Shown here: positions 29,129 to 39,042 of the stretch, one piece after another
Layout: every line of letters begins with the position of its first letter
Position numbering within the stretch: the first letter of the stretch is position 1
From: Minisyncoccia bacterium
Lineage (GTDB): Bacteria > Patescibacteriota > Minisyncoccia > UBA6257 > JAAZHW01
DNA length: 64,000 nt
Assembly (NCBI GenBank): GCA_049720475.1
Contig: JBNASH010000033.1
Location: forward strand, 3,784-67,783
Reading direction: 5' to 3'
Program-made: the position numbers and the translations under genes
Notes under the pieces: model-generated
Database searches by the model: none
What the model saw: only the letters and a program-made list of their open reading frames with translations
What the model was told of the DNA's origin: nothing

Positions 29129-30409
29129 CTAAATTTTTAGATCTTTTTGTTGAGTGGCTTCTAACTTAATAATCTTATCTCTAAACCAAGTCAATAATCC
29201 AAAATTTGCCGCTTGGGATAAAATACTAGTGAAAGCGGCGGCGAACATGCCGAATTTTGGAATAAGCAAGAAATTAAGAACTAAGTTAATTATAGCACAA
29301 AAAGCCGTAAGATAAAAATTAAGCCATTGCTTGTTATAAGCAATATAAAGATAGCTTAAATAAACGGCTGGGAAGGTAAAAACAATAATCCAGCTTAAAA
29401 ATTGTGCCAAGGAAACTGATGGTTCATACTGTTTGCCAACAAAGAAGGGAAGAATTGGCGCAAAAATAAAGATTAATAAAGCAATTAAAAACCCTAAAGC
29501 TAAAAAGCCAATAAGCGCTTTTTGGGTAATTTTTTTGATTTTTTCTTTATCATTGATATTGGCGGAAAGATATGGGAAAAGAGCAATCATTATTAAACTC
29601 GGCAAAAGATTGATTAATAATATTCCTTTAGTAATAAGGGAATAATAACCAACTTCAGTTACTCCGCGCATTTTACCCAGCATAATTTGATCAGTCGAAA
29701 ATAAAATAAAATTTAAGAGACCAAACAAAGCAACTGGCAAACCATTAATAAATAATTGTTTGAAAAGATTTTTATCAAGTTGCGGCAAAAAATAATTTTT
29801 AAAAGGTTTTATCATCAAGCCAGCCGTAATAAAACTCAAAAGCACACCAATTAAATAACCCACGCTTAAAGAAATAATATTTTTATAAATTAAAATTAGA
29901 AAAATGCTAAATGCCATCACCGAAAAACTTTCAACCAAAATTACTATAAATTCCTTCTCCATTTTTTGAATGGCGCGCAAAAAAGAAACAAACAAATCTT
30001 TAATATTCGCCACAAAAAGATAAATTGAAATCACCAAAAAATTAAGACGGAATTCGGGATTTTGAAAAACAAAAAGTCCCAAGATTGCCGCAATTAAACA
30101 TAAAGAAGTGGTCAAAATTCTAAACAAAAACGCGGCGCGCGTATATTTTTCCCTTTCGACTGCTTGCTGATAATCGCGAATGATTAAAGTATTAATGCCC
30201 CAATCAGCAAACAAGAAGAAAAGCGTGCCAATTGATAAAATATAATTGAAGGTTCCAAAGCCTGTTGGTCCTAAAACGCGCGCTGAAACCAAAACTAAAA
30301 TCAACTTGAAAAGACGGCTCAAAATCTGACTAAACAAAAGCCAAAAACTATTTTTGAAAAAAGTTTGCTTGGGCGAAATGTTATTAAAAAGTAAATTTTC
30401 TAAATCCAT
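29129..30409 (-). CDS. Wzx-like oligosaccharide flippase (MOP superfamily).
   Basis: 426 aa with ~12 TM segments and a polysaccharide biosynthesis protein pattern, inside a glycosyltransferase cluster. Confidence 0.7.
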   Translation of the reverse strand: MDLENLLFNNISPKQTFFKNSFWLLFSQILSRLFKLILVLVSARVLGPTGFGTFNYILSIGTLFFLFADWGINTLIIRDYQQAVEREKYTRAAFLFRILTTSLCLIAAILGLFVFQNPEFRLNFLVISIYLFVANIKDLFVSFLRAIQKMEKEFIVILVESFSVMAFSIFLILIYKNIISLSVGYLIGVLLSFITAGLMIKPFKNYFLPQLDKNLFKQLFINGLPVALFGLLNFILFSTDQIMLGKMRGVTEVGYYSLITKGILLINLLPSLIMIALFPYLSANINDKEKIKKITQKALIGFLALGFLIALLIFIFAPILPFFVGKQYEPSVSLAQFLSWIIVFTFPAVYLSYLYIAYNKQWLNFYLTAFCAIINLVLNFLLIPKFGMFAAAFTSILSQAANFGLLTWFRDKIIKLEATQQKDLKI

Positions 30410-30412
30410 AAA

Positions 30413-30991
30413 TTAGGAGTTTTTCGCCTTTTCCACTCGTTCTACGTATTCACCTGTTTCAGTATTTACTCTAATAATATCTCCTTCGTTGATAAATAAT
30501 GGCACGGCAATTTTAGCACCAGTTTCAATTGTCACTGTTTTCGTGCCTCCTTGTGCTGTATCGCCTTTTATTCCCGGTGGCGCTTCTATAACTTTAAAAT
30601 CCATTTTAATTGGCAATTCGATATTGATAATTTTTCCGTTAAATTTAAAAGCGTCGATTGGAACTCCAGCTTTCAAAAAATTTTTATTATCCCCCAAAAC
30701 CGTTTCGTCTAATTGAAATCTTTTTGATCGATCGCCGGCTTCGCAAAACCAATATTCGCCGCGATGCTGATACAAAAACTCAACACTCAAGCGCTCGAGA
30801 TCGGCTTCTTCAAATTCTTCGGAATGCTGAATGTTTCGATCAATAACTTTGCCGTTAATTAAATTTTTGAGCCGCGTTTGAAGAACCGGTTTTCTCTGTT
30901 GCATCTTTAAAAAATTAGCGCTTAAAACTTCGTACGGCTCATCATCAATAATAATAATTGTTTTTGGTTTTAAATCATTGATTCCCAACAT
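30413..30991 (-). CDS. efp: Elongation factor P.
   Basis: 192 aa with three OB/KOW-like domains and conserved EF-P blocks (KPGKG-like loop ... GDTAQGGTK). Confidence 0.9.
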   Translation of the reverse strand: MLGINDLKPKTIIIIDDEPYEVLSANFLKMQQRKPVLQTRLKNLINGKVIDRNIQHSEEFEEADLERLSVEFLYQHRGEYWFCEAGDRSKRFQLDETVLGDNKNFLKAGVPIDAFKFNGKIINIELPIKMDFKVIEAPPGIKGDTAQGGTKTVTIETGAKIAVPLFINEGDIIRVNTETGEYVERVEKAKNS

Positions 30992-31054
30992 ATTATCAAT
31001 AATCTTAAAAAATATTCGCTAACTGTCAATAAAAATTTTCCTCTTGAGAAAATT

Positions 31055-31300
31055 TCAGAGGGAAATATCAAAAATTTTTTGCCTGCTTTTCCCTCCTTTT
31101 AATAAATTAATTCGGGAAGGCGCAATATCAAAAAATTCTGCCAATAATTTAACAGCTGCTTCATTGGCTTTATTTTCTTTGGCCGGCGCTGTTACCAAAA
31201 TTTCAAATTGATTATCGCCAATTTTTTTAATTTTGTTTACTGAAGCATTAGGTTTTACTTTCACAAAAAAATGCATATTTTTAAAACGCCTATTTAACAA
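31055..31300 (-). CDS. DUF167/YggU-family small protein.
   Basis: VKVKPNAS...FEILVTAPAKENKANEAAVKLLAEFFDIAPSRINLLKGGKSRQK is typical of UPF0235. Confidence 0.55.
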   Translation of the reverse strand: MLNRRFKNMHFFVKVKPNASVNKIKKIGDNQFEILVTAPAKENKANEAAVKLLAEFFDIAPSRINLLKGGKSRQKIFDISL

Positions 31301-31324
31301 AATGGTAACAAAGCTAAATTTTGA

Positions 31325-32992
31325 TTATTGACTCTCTTTATTTTCTTCTTTGTTTTCTTCTTTCTGGCTTAATTTAGCAAGTGATTCCCTTAAAGCCCTT
31401 TTTAATTCATCTACATTAGCTTGGGTTTTGGGTTTCTCTGTTGGTTGTTTGCTAATCAATTTTTTGCCGCTACTTTCAAAAATGTTTTTAACAATTTTTG
31501 TTTCTAAACGCAAAGGTTTTGTCGGCGGAATAATTTCGCCTTTCTCTACTCCGCTTAAACACGTTTTACAAAAAACCGGCCTTTTTCCATCTGGTTGAAA
31601 CGGCACTTCTGTTTCTGCTCCACACACCCAACAAAAATCAATATATGTTTTTTTCTTCTCTTTCTTCTCTTTTTTCTCTTCCTCATTATTTTCCTCGTTT
31701 CCCTCAAGCCATTCAGCGCTAATCTGTTTTTCTACTTCGCTGCGCGGCTGACAATAAATTTTTCTGGTGTTTTCTATAATTTGATTCTTAAAATTAACCT
31801 CGGGCTTTAATCGAGGTGGCAGAGTGACGGCTGAAAATGCTTTAGAAGTTATTCCATCAATCATTAATTTAAGATAAATATTGTATTTGGGCAGATTAAC
31901 TAAATCGGTTGCTGTAAATTCTGGCGCAAATTCTTTTTCCAGCCATTCTGCATCCTCTGCTCCTACTCGAAAAACAACAAAAGTGCCAACATTACCAAAA
32001 ATAGCTGCCTTTACGGATTCGGGCAACTGCCCAATGTATTGATGAGAAATAATTAGGGATAAATGGTATTTGCGCGCTTCGGATAAAATATTGGAAAAGG
32101 ATTCGGTAGCAAAAGTTTGAAACTCATCAACATATAAAAAGAAATCGGGCCGCTCTTCTGGTGGAACATCGGCTCGGCTCATCGCTGCTTGTTGAATACG
32201 CGTTATCATCATCGCTCCCAACAACGCCGAATTAACTTCTCCAATTCGTCCTTTGGACAAATTCACAATTAAAATTTTTCCCTCATCCATTATTTTTCTG
32301 ATATTAAAAGAAGATTTTGGTTGCCCAACAATATTTCTTACCAAAGGATTTGTCAGAAACTGCCCTACTTTATTTTGAATCGGCGCAATTGCTTCTACTT
32401 GAAATTTTTCATGATAACGGGCAAATTCATTAACCCAAAAATTTTTTACCACCGGATCCTTTAGGTTTGATACAATGTAATCGCGATATTTTTTATCTGT
32501 CAGCAATCGCATTATGCCCAACAGCGTTGAATTAGGATATTCAAGAAGCGCCATTAAACAATTGTTTAAAATATATTCCATTCGGGCGCTCCACACATCC
32601 GGCCAAATTTTCTTGAAAATTTCCAAAATACCACTGGCCACTAAATGTCTTTGCTCATCGTTGACTGATTCTAATGGATTAAAAGCAATGGGATAATTTG
32701 TATCGTGTGGACAAAAATAAATCACATCGTCAACGCGCTTTTCAGGAATATGCTCAAGCAATTGCTCGGCTGATTCGCCATGAGGATCAATAAAAGCCAA
32801 ACCAAATCCCGATTCAATATCAGAAATAGCCATATTGGTTAACATAACAGTTTTGCCCATGCCGGTTTTACCAATTGCATACATATGCTTTCGGCGGTCA
32901 TCTAATTTGATGCCAAATTTCACTTTCTGATTTCGAAAATTGGTCTCGGCAAAAAAATTGATGTTTTCTTCGCTGTATTTTGCTTTCTTCAT
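31325..32992 (-). CDS. P-loop NTPase of the TraG/VirD4/TrwB-HerA clade (type IV coupling-protein-like) with a C-terminal CxxC...CxxC zinc ribbon.
   Basis: Walker A AIGKTGMGKT, a Walker B-like FFLYVDEFQ, and the ribbon CWVCGAE...FCKTC near the C-terminus. Confidence 0.5.
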   Translation of the reverse strand: MKKAKYSEENINFFAETNFRNQKVKFGIKLDDRRKHMYAIGKTGMGKTVMLTNMAISDIESGFGLAFIDPHGESAEQLLEHIPEKRVDDVIYFCPHDTNYPIAFNPLESVNDEQRHLVASGILEIFKKIWPDVWSARMEYILNNCLMALLEYPNSTLLGIMRLLTDKKYRDYIVSNLKDPVVKNFWVNEFARYHEKFQVEAIAPIQNKVGQFLTNPLVRNIVGQPKSSFNIRKIMDEGKILIVNLSKGRIGEVNSALLGAMMITRIQQAAMSRADVPPEERPDFFLYVDEFQTFATESFSNILSEARKYHLSLIISHQYIGQLPESVKAAIFGNVGTFVVFRVGAEDAEWLEKEFAPEFTATDLVNLPKYNIYLKLMIDGITSKAFSAVTLPPRLKPEVNFKNQIIENTRKIYCQPRSEVEKQISAEWLEGNEENNEEEKKEKKEKKKTYIDFCWVCGAETEVPFQPDGKRPVFCKTCLSGVEKGEIIPPTKPLRLETKIVKNIFESSGKKLISKQPTEKPKTQANVDELKRALRESLAKLSQKEENKEENKESQ

Positions 32993-33095
32993 AATTCTTT
33001 TTTATTGTAATTTAAAATAATGAAAAACTCAAATACAAGCTTTAATCTTGTTTAATCCGATTTTTTATAGTAAAATCCATTATTGTATGACAGAA

Positions 33096-35294
33096 ATGGA
33101 TAAAGTTTATAATCATTTAGCCATCGAGAAAAAAATTTATCAAAGCTGGGAAAAATCCGGCTATTTTAATCCAGATAAATTACCGACCAAAAGCAAAAAA
33201 TTTTTCTCTATTATTATGCCGCCGCCCAATGCTAACGGCGCGCTTCATTTAGGGCATGCTTTAACCGTAACGCTGGAAGATATAATGATTCGCTATAAAA
33301 GAATGCGGGGTTTTAAAACTTTGTGGCTGCCAGGGGCTGATCATGCTGGCTTTGAAACTCAAGTCGTTTTTGAGAAAAAACTGGAAAAGGAAGGAACAAG
33401 CCGTTTTGAAATTTTGAAAGAGGAAGGCGGCCGCGAGAAACTTTATCAAATGATTTGGGATTTTACTCAGACTAATAAAATTCAGATGGAAAACCAATTG
33501 CGACAATTGGGCGCTTCCTGTGATTGGTCAAGAGAAAAATTCACTCTCGATCCTTCGATTATTAAAGTAGTTTATGAAACTTTTAAAAAACTCTACGATG
33601 ATGGGCTGATTTATAAAGCCAATCGCATTATTAATTGGTGTCCCAAACATCAAACAGCGCTTTCTGATTTGGAAATTTTGTGGGAGGAAAGAAAGGATAA
33701 ATTGTATTATGTAAGATATTTTTTGGAAGAAGATCCTTCTCAATTTTTAACTGTTGCAACCACTCGACCAGAAACTATTCCGGCTGATATGGCGATTGCT
33801 GTTCATCCGAATGATAAAAGATACAAGAATTGGGTGGGCAAAAAATTGACTAATCCTTTGATTAAAAATCGCGGAAAATACGGCGATAGTATTGAAATTA
33901 TTGCCGATGAATTAGTGGATAAAGACTTTGGCACGGGCGCTTTAAAAATTACGCCCGCCCACGATCCAATTGATTTTGAAATTGGAACAAAGCATAATTT
34001 GCCTCTTGATTACCAAATCATTGATTGGGATGGCAAAATGAATGATTTAGCTGGTGAATTGAAAGGCTTAAAACCCGAGCCGGCCAGAGAATTATCAATT
34101 AAAATTTTAAGCGAGAGCGGCGCTTTGGAAAAAATCGAAGATTATTCCCACAAAGTGCCTCTTTGTTATAAATGTAAATCGGTTATTGAGCCATTGCCGC
34201 GTAAACAATGGTTTTTAAAAATGACGACGCCGCCAAAAAACAGCAAAAAATCTTTGCGCGATTTAGCGGTGGAAGCAGTAAAAAAAGGAAAGATTAAATT
34301 TGTTACTAAACGCTTTGAAAAAATTTTTTATCATTGGATGAAAAATATTAAAGATTGGAATATTTCCCGACAAATTGTTTGGGGCATTCCTATTCCTGTT
34401 TGGTACTGCAATGATTGCGGAAAAGAAATTGTCCATATTGAAAAAAAGCCGCTGCGTCAATGTCCGAAATGTCACAGCAAAAATTTAACTAAAGAAACTG
34501 ATGTTTTTGATACTTGGTTCTCGTCTGGTCAATGGCCATTTGCTACTTTGGGCTATCCTAATAATTCTGATTACAAAAAATTCTATCCAACCGATGTTAT
34601 GGAAACAGGCTGGGATATTTTATTCTTCTGGGTAGCAAGAATGATTATGTTTGGATTATACAGAACCAAAAAACCACCTTTCAAATATGTCTATCTTCAT
34701 GGTTTAATCCGCGATAAAGAACGCCAGAAGATGTCGAAATCCAAAGGAAATGTTATTGATCCTTTAGGCGTGATTGACTTATATGGCGTTGATGCTTTGA
34801 GAATGGCTTTTGTTGTGGGAACCGCGCCCGGCAATGATCCTATTATTTCCGAAGACAAAATTCGAGCTTATCGCAACTTTTCTAATAAAATCTGGAATGC
34901 TTCTCGTTTTGTTTTAATGAACCTCTCGAATTTTGATAGCAAACCAGTTAAGTTAAACAATAAGGACAAAAGAATTTTAAAACAGTTGGAAAAATTAATA
35001 TCGGATGTTACTAAAGAAATGGAAAATTTCCAATTCCATCGTGCTTCCGAAAAATTATATCACTATTTCTGGCATGTTTTCGCGGATAAAATTATCGAAG
35101 AAAATAAACCGCGACTTCAAAATCCCCAAGAACGTCGAATGGCCCAATATCTTCTTTTAACTATTCTAACAACGCTTTTGAAATTGCTTCATCCATTTAT
35201 GCCTTTTGTTACTGAAGCGATTTACCAATTGCTGCCAAACAAAAATAAAAAGTTTATAATGATTGAGGATTGGCCCCAAAAAATCAAACTTTAA
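33096..35294 (+). CDS. valS: Valyl-tRNA synthetase, compact form lacking the C-terminal coiled coil.
   Basis: PPPNANGALHLGHA (HIGH) ... KMSKSKGN. The start MDKVYNHL aligns with ValRS N-termini. The ORF-track start at 33048 is an extension. Confidence 0.9.
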   Translation: MDKVYNHLAIEKKIYQSWEKSGYFNPDKLPTKSKKFFSIIMPPPNANGALHLGHALTVTLEDIMIRYKRMRGFKTLWLPGADHAGFETQVVFEKKLEKEGTSRFEILKEEGGREKLYQMIWDFTQTNKIQMENQLRQLGASCDWSREKFTLDPSIIKVVYETFKKLYDDGLIYKANRIINWCPKHQTALSDLEILWEERKDKLYYVRYFLEEDPSQFLTVATTRPETIPADMAIAVHPNDKRYKNWVGKKLTNPLIKNRGKYGDSIEIIADELVDKDFGTGALKITPAHDPIDFEIGTKHNLPLDYQIIDWDGKMNDLAGELKGLKPEPARELSIKILSESGALEKIEDYSHKVPLCYKCKSVIEPLPRKQWFLKMTTPPKNSKKSLRDLAVEAVKKGKIKFVTKRFEKIFYHWMKNIKDWNISRQIVWGIPIPVWYCNDCGKEIVHIEKKPLRQCPKCHSKNLTKETDVFDTWFSSGQWPFATLGYPNNSDYKKFYPTDVMETGWDILFFWVARMIMFGLYRTKKPPFKYVYLHGLIRDKERQKMSKSKGNVIDPLGVIDLYGVDALRMAFVVGTAPGNDPIISEDKIRAYRNFSNKIWNASRFVLMNLSNFDSKPVKLNNKDKRILKQLEKLISDVTKEMENFQFHRASEKLYHYFWHVFADKIIEENKPRLQNPQERRMAQYLLLTILTTLLKLLHPFMPFVTEAIYQLLPNKNKKFIMIEDWPQKIKL

Positions 35295-35295
35295 T

Positions 35296-36060
35296 ATGCC
35301 CACTATCCTGCAAATCTTATTTCTAGTTAGTTTAGCAATTTTACCTAGTTTAATTTGGTTAGGATATTATTTGAGACGCGATGATCGGCCTGAACCGCGT
35401 TCTCGTTTAATGATTTCTTTTGCCATTGGCGTTTTAATTACTCTTTTAGCGGCCTTTTTGGAAGGTGCTTTAGCTAAAATTTCTCCCAAAAACAATATCC
35501 TTCTCTCAACGGTAATCTTCTTTTTTGCTTTCCCTTTTATTGAAGAATTGAGTAAATTTATCACGACCCTAATTAGCAATATTAAAAATCGTTACTTCGG
35601 AGATGAATATACTGACCCGATGATTTATAGTATTACCGCTGCTTTGGGGTTTGCCGCTGCTGAAAATTTAAAAGTGTGTCTTTCTATCCTTCAAGAAAAC
35701 TCAATTGTATTAAAAATGCCTCTTTTAGCCAATTTAACTATTCCGTCTCTCGTGTTAAACACTTTAGTAATTACTATTTTCATTCGCTTTCTTTCAGCTG
35801 TTTTTCTCCACGCTAATGCCTCCTCAGTTTATGGATATTTTTGGGGGATTAGTTTAATTCTAAAAAAGGATAGAAAAACGAAATTTTTGCTTATTGCTTT
35901 TGGAATTATTATGGCTACACTTTTGCATTCTTTTTATAATTATCTTATAATGAAAACAAGTGAAAATTTATACTTTGCTTTAATGGTTATTGGGTTTTTA
36001 TTTATTACTAATTACATAATGGGTCGCGGTTTTAAACAATTAAAATCTTATCAACAATAA
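35296..36060 (+). CDS. PrsW-family intramembrane metalloprotease.
   Basis: FIEELSKFI (EExxK), AAENL and HSFYN motifs across ~7 TM segments. The likely start is MPTILQ, immediately after valS. Confidence 0.55.
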   Translation: MPTILQILFLVSLAILPSLIWLGYYLRRDDRPEPRSRLMISFAIGVLITLLAAFLEGALAKISPKNNILLSTVIFFFAFPFIEELSKFITTLISNIKNRYFGDEYTDPMIYSITAALGFAAAENLKVCLSILQENSIVLKMPLLANLTIPSLVLNTLVITIFIRFLSAVFLHANASSVYGYFWGISLILKKDRKTKFLLIAFGIIMATLLHSFYNYLIMKTSENLYFALMVIGFLFITNYIMGRGFKQLKSYQQ

Positions 36061-36065
36061 ACAAT

Positions 36066-36497
36066 ATGGCTTTTAGATTTTTTAAATCAAAAGAGGAAAA
36101 CGAAGAAAAAAAGATTGACATCAAAAATCATTTAGAAACTGAAGAAAACGATGATGTTTTGGAAGGAGAAGGACAATTAATGGTCGATGTTTATCAGACG
36201 CCCTCGGAAATCGTTATTAAATCAGCCGTAGCGGGAGTTAAACCAGAAGATATCGATATTTCTATTGTGAATGATATGATAACTATTAAAGGAAAGAGAG
36301 AGTTGGACGAAGTTGTTAAAAGCGATGATTATTTTTATCAGGAATGTTATTGGGGTTCATTTAGCCGTTCAATCATTTTGCCAATCGAAATTGATGCCGA
36401 TCGGGTAAATGCAACACTGAAAAACGGAATTCTAACTATTCGCCTGCCAAAAATTGATAAAAACAAGGTGAAAAAAGTAAAAATTAAATCCGAATAA
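36066..36497 (+). CDS. Hsp20/alpha-crystallin small heat-shock protein.
   Basis: An alpha-crystallin domain with the C-terminal GILTIRLPK. Confidence 0.85.
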   Translation: MAFRFFKSKEENEEKKIDIKNHLETEENDDVLEGEGQLMVDVYQTPSEIVIKSAVAGVKPEDIDISIVNDMITIKGKRELDEVVKSDDYFYQECYWGSFSRSIILPIEIDADRVNATLKNGILTIRLPKIDKNKVKKVKIKSE

Positions 36498-36499
36498 AA

Positions 36500-36527
36500 A
36501 ATCTCCCCGAAAGGGGAGATTTTAAAT
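36500..36527. terminator. Bidirectional terminator.
   Basis: aaaaTCTCCCCgaaaGGGGAGAtttt. Confidence 0.6.
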
Positions 36528-37049
36528 TTATTGAAAAAACTTTATTTTTATCGCCAATTTTTCCACAAACCAAGCCGACAAAACTCCCAAAATTATCCCT
36601 CCTAAAATATCTGAAGGATAGTGAACACCACTATAAATTCGCGCAATTCCCATCAAAACACCCAAAACAATAAAAGCTAACCCGATTTTTTTGTTGGCCA
36701 GCGCCACAAAGTAAATTAAAGGAAAAATAAAGGTCATGTGGCCTGAAGGAAAAGAACCGCTAATATCGTGAGAAATTAAATTATTTACTTGGTGAGTTAA
36801 AAATGGTCGGGGACGGTAATAAAAAAATCGGATTATTTCTGTAATAATGCCACGACTTAAAATAATGGCTGAAATCACCTTTAAAATTTTTTTCCAATTT
36901 TTTTGATAAGCAAAAAATAGATAAATCAATCCAAAAACAGCCATCAAATAAATCAAATCTTCGGCAAGAAAAACCATTAATTTATCAAACCAAGGACATT
37001 GCCCGACCAAATTATTAATTTTTTGAAAAATTAAATAATCAAGATTCAT
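36528..37049 (-). CDS. PAP2-family phosphatase (undecaprenyl-diphosphatase-like).
   Basis: KxxxxxxRP ... PSGH ... SRxxxxxHxxxD is present as RPRP ... PSGH ... ARIYSGVHYPSD. Confidence 0.7.
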   Translation of the reverse strand: MNLDYLIFQKINNLVGQCPWFDKLMVFLAEDLIYLMAVFGLIYLFFAYQKNWKKILKVISAIILSRGIITEIIRFFYYRPRPFLTHQVNNLISHDISGSFPSGHMTFIFPLIYFVALANKKIGLAFIVLGVLMGIARIYSGVHYPSDILGGIILGVLSAWFVEKLAIKIKFFQ

Positions 37050-38407
37050 AATTCAATTTGATAATGCGTCTTAACAAAATCGACCATTTTTAAAATATCT
37101 GATTTAACATCATCGGATTTTAAAGCAATAAAAACGATTGGGCGTTTTTCGCCATTAAATTGAAGTTCAAAAACCGCCAGCATTGTTTCTTTACTAACAT
37201 CGGTTTTGCCAACTTTTCCACCAACAAAATCATTATTATCCGCAAAAAAATTTAGATTTTTCAATTCATAGATTGGCTGGCCATAATAAGTGTTATCAAA
37301 AATTCCTTTGGTCATTTTGAAAATAAAACTGCGATTAAAATAAAGATAACGCGCCAATTGATAGAGATCAATGGGCGTTGAAACGTTTTCGCTTTCAATA
37401 CCATTGGCATCAACAAAATTCGTATTTATCATCCCGATGCTTTTAGCAATATCATTCATCCACTCAATTAATTTATCTGTCCCTAAATAGTTAGCCAAAG
37501 TAACTCCGGCTTCATTAGAAGATTCAACTAAAAGCAAAGCCAGCAAATCAAAAACAGAAATTTTTTGACCCGCCTTTAGTCTCGGAATGGAAGTAAAAAT
37601 TAATGCCTCTTTTGGTACGGTAATATTGTATTCTAAAAAAGTGTGATCCAACACTGCCAGCGCCGTCACCAATTTGGTAATTGAAGCAATGGGGAATTTT
37701 TGGTTTTTATTTTTTTCCAAAAAAACAAAGTTATTTTTTAAATCCACCGCTAAATACGCTTCGGCTGATAATTCAGGAATTGAGTAACGGTAACTCGAAT
37801 TTTCGGTTAATAAATCTTTTTTAAATACTAAAACTGGCATATCAATTTCGGCCAAATCATAAATTTTTTTTGCATCCTCATCAAATAAACGAATGCAACC
37901 ACCAGAATAAGAACTGTCTACTTTGCGGCCATTAGGATAATAAGGCCAGCCATGAATTAAAAAATTTCCTTCAAAAGCCAAGGCATAATTCATATAAACA
38001 TTGGCGAATCTAGAATAGGCCTTATTAAATTTAGCTTCGATTTTATATAATCCGACGGGCGTTTCAAACCAAGAACCCTCGCGACCCTTAGCAATAATCG
38101 GCACTGCTTCTACTATTTCTCCATTTTTATAAACGGTTATTTTCATTTCATCTAAATCCGCTAGAATAAAATCCATTTTTTGATTTATCATCTTGTTTAA
38201 AACATTATGGAAAAAATTAACATCACCCAATTCGGGCCAAATACCATATTGGAATTTAATTTCTTTATTATTGCCACCATCAAGTTGAATATTGTATTCT
38301 TTAACTTCTTTTTTTGGATAAAAATAAAATAAGGCAACAAGACTTAAAGCAACTATTAAAAAGCCGAAAATTAACCAAAAAGAAATTTTTTTTGATTGTC
38401 CGCTCAT
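37046..38407 (-). CDS. Fusion protein with an N-terminal L,D-transpeptidase (YkuD) domain and a C-terminal serine-type D-Ala-D-Ala carboxypeptidase (PBP5-like) domain.
   Basis: LIHGWPYYPNG...SGGCIRL is the catalytic block of an L,D-transpeptidase. Downstream, PIASITKLVTALAVLD is the SxxK motif. There is an N-terminal TM anchor. Confidence 0.65.
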   Translation of the reverse strand: MSGQSKKISFWLIFGFLIVALSLVALFYFYPKKEVKEYNIQLDGGNNKEIKFQYGIWPELGDVNFFHNVLNKMINQKMDFILADLDEMKITVYKNGEIVEAVPIIAKGREGSWFETPVGLYKIEAKFNKAYSRFANVYMNYALAFEGNFLIHGWPYYPNGRKVDSSYSGGCIRLFDEDAKKIYDLAEIDMPVLVFKKDLLTENSSYRYSIPELSAEAYLAVDLKNNFVFLEKNKNQKFPIASITKLVTALAVLDHTFLEYNITVPKEALIFTSIPRLKAGQKISVFDLLALLLVESSNEAGVTLANYLGTDKLIEWMNDIAKSIGMINTNFVDANGIESENVSTPIDLYQLARYLYFNRSFIFKMTKGIFDNTYYGQPIYELKNLNFFADNNDFVGGKVGKTDVSKETMLAVFELQFNGEKRPIVFIALKSDDVKSDILKMVDFVKTHYQIEL

Positions 38408-39033
38408 AAAATTATTACTTTCCGGCCATTAATTTTAATTCGGCCCTCAGCAAAAACTTTAATTCCCTCGCATAAAATTTCTTCTTCTTTTTGATGAATT
38501 TTTTCTTCTAAACTTTCTATGGTTTCATCATCTTTAATATCCACCGCGCGTTGAAAAATAATTGGACCTGTATCAACGCCCTCATCAACAAAATGTAAAG
38601 TACAACCTGTAATTTTTGCACCATAATCGAGAGCTTGCTTTGGTGCATCAAGCCCTGGAAAAGCCGGGCATAAAGAAGGATGAATATTGATTACAGCATT
38701 TGGAAAATTTTTTAGGAAGGTTGGAGAAAGTATCAAATCCCAACCAGCCAAAACAACTAAATTAATTTTTCTTTCTTTTAAAATATTCGCCAATTCTTTA
38801 TCAAAAGATTCTCTATTTTTACCTTGATTCTTCCAATCGCTCAAACGAAAATAAAAAGCTTCGATACCTTGCTGTCTGGCCCATTCAACACCTGGTGACT
38901 CTTTTTTGTGGGAAATAACAACAGCTAATTCAACTAGAGGATGATTTTGGCAACATTCATAAATAGCCTTTAAACGGCCGCCTCTTCCTATTAAAGCCGC
39001 AACGCGACATCGATTGGTTGAAGAAAAAATCAT
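38404..39033 (-). CDS. PurN-like formyltransferase (GART family).
   Basis: NLVVLAGWDLIL ... NIHPSLCPAF ... HFVDEGVDTGPII is the formyl_trans_N SLLP/HxSLLP-like pattern. Confidence 0.6.
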   Translation of the reverse strand: MIFSSTNRCRVAALIGRGGRLKAIYECCQNHPLVELAVVISHKKESPGVEWARQQGIEAFYFRLSDWKNQGKNRESFDKELANILKERKINLVVLAGWDLILSPTFLKNFPNAVINIHPSLCPAFPGLDAPKQALDYGAKITGCTLHFVDEGVDTGPIIFQRAVDIKDDETIESLEEKIHQKEEEILCEGIKVFAEGRIKINGRKVIIL

Positions 39034-39042
39034 AATTTCGAG

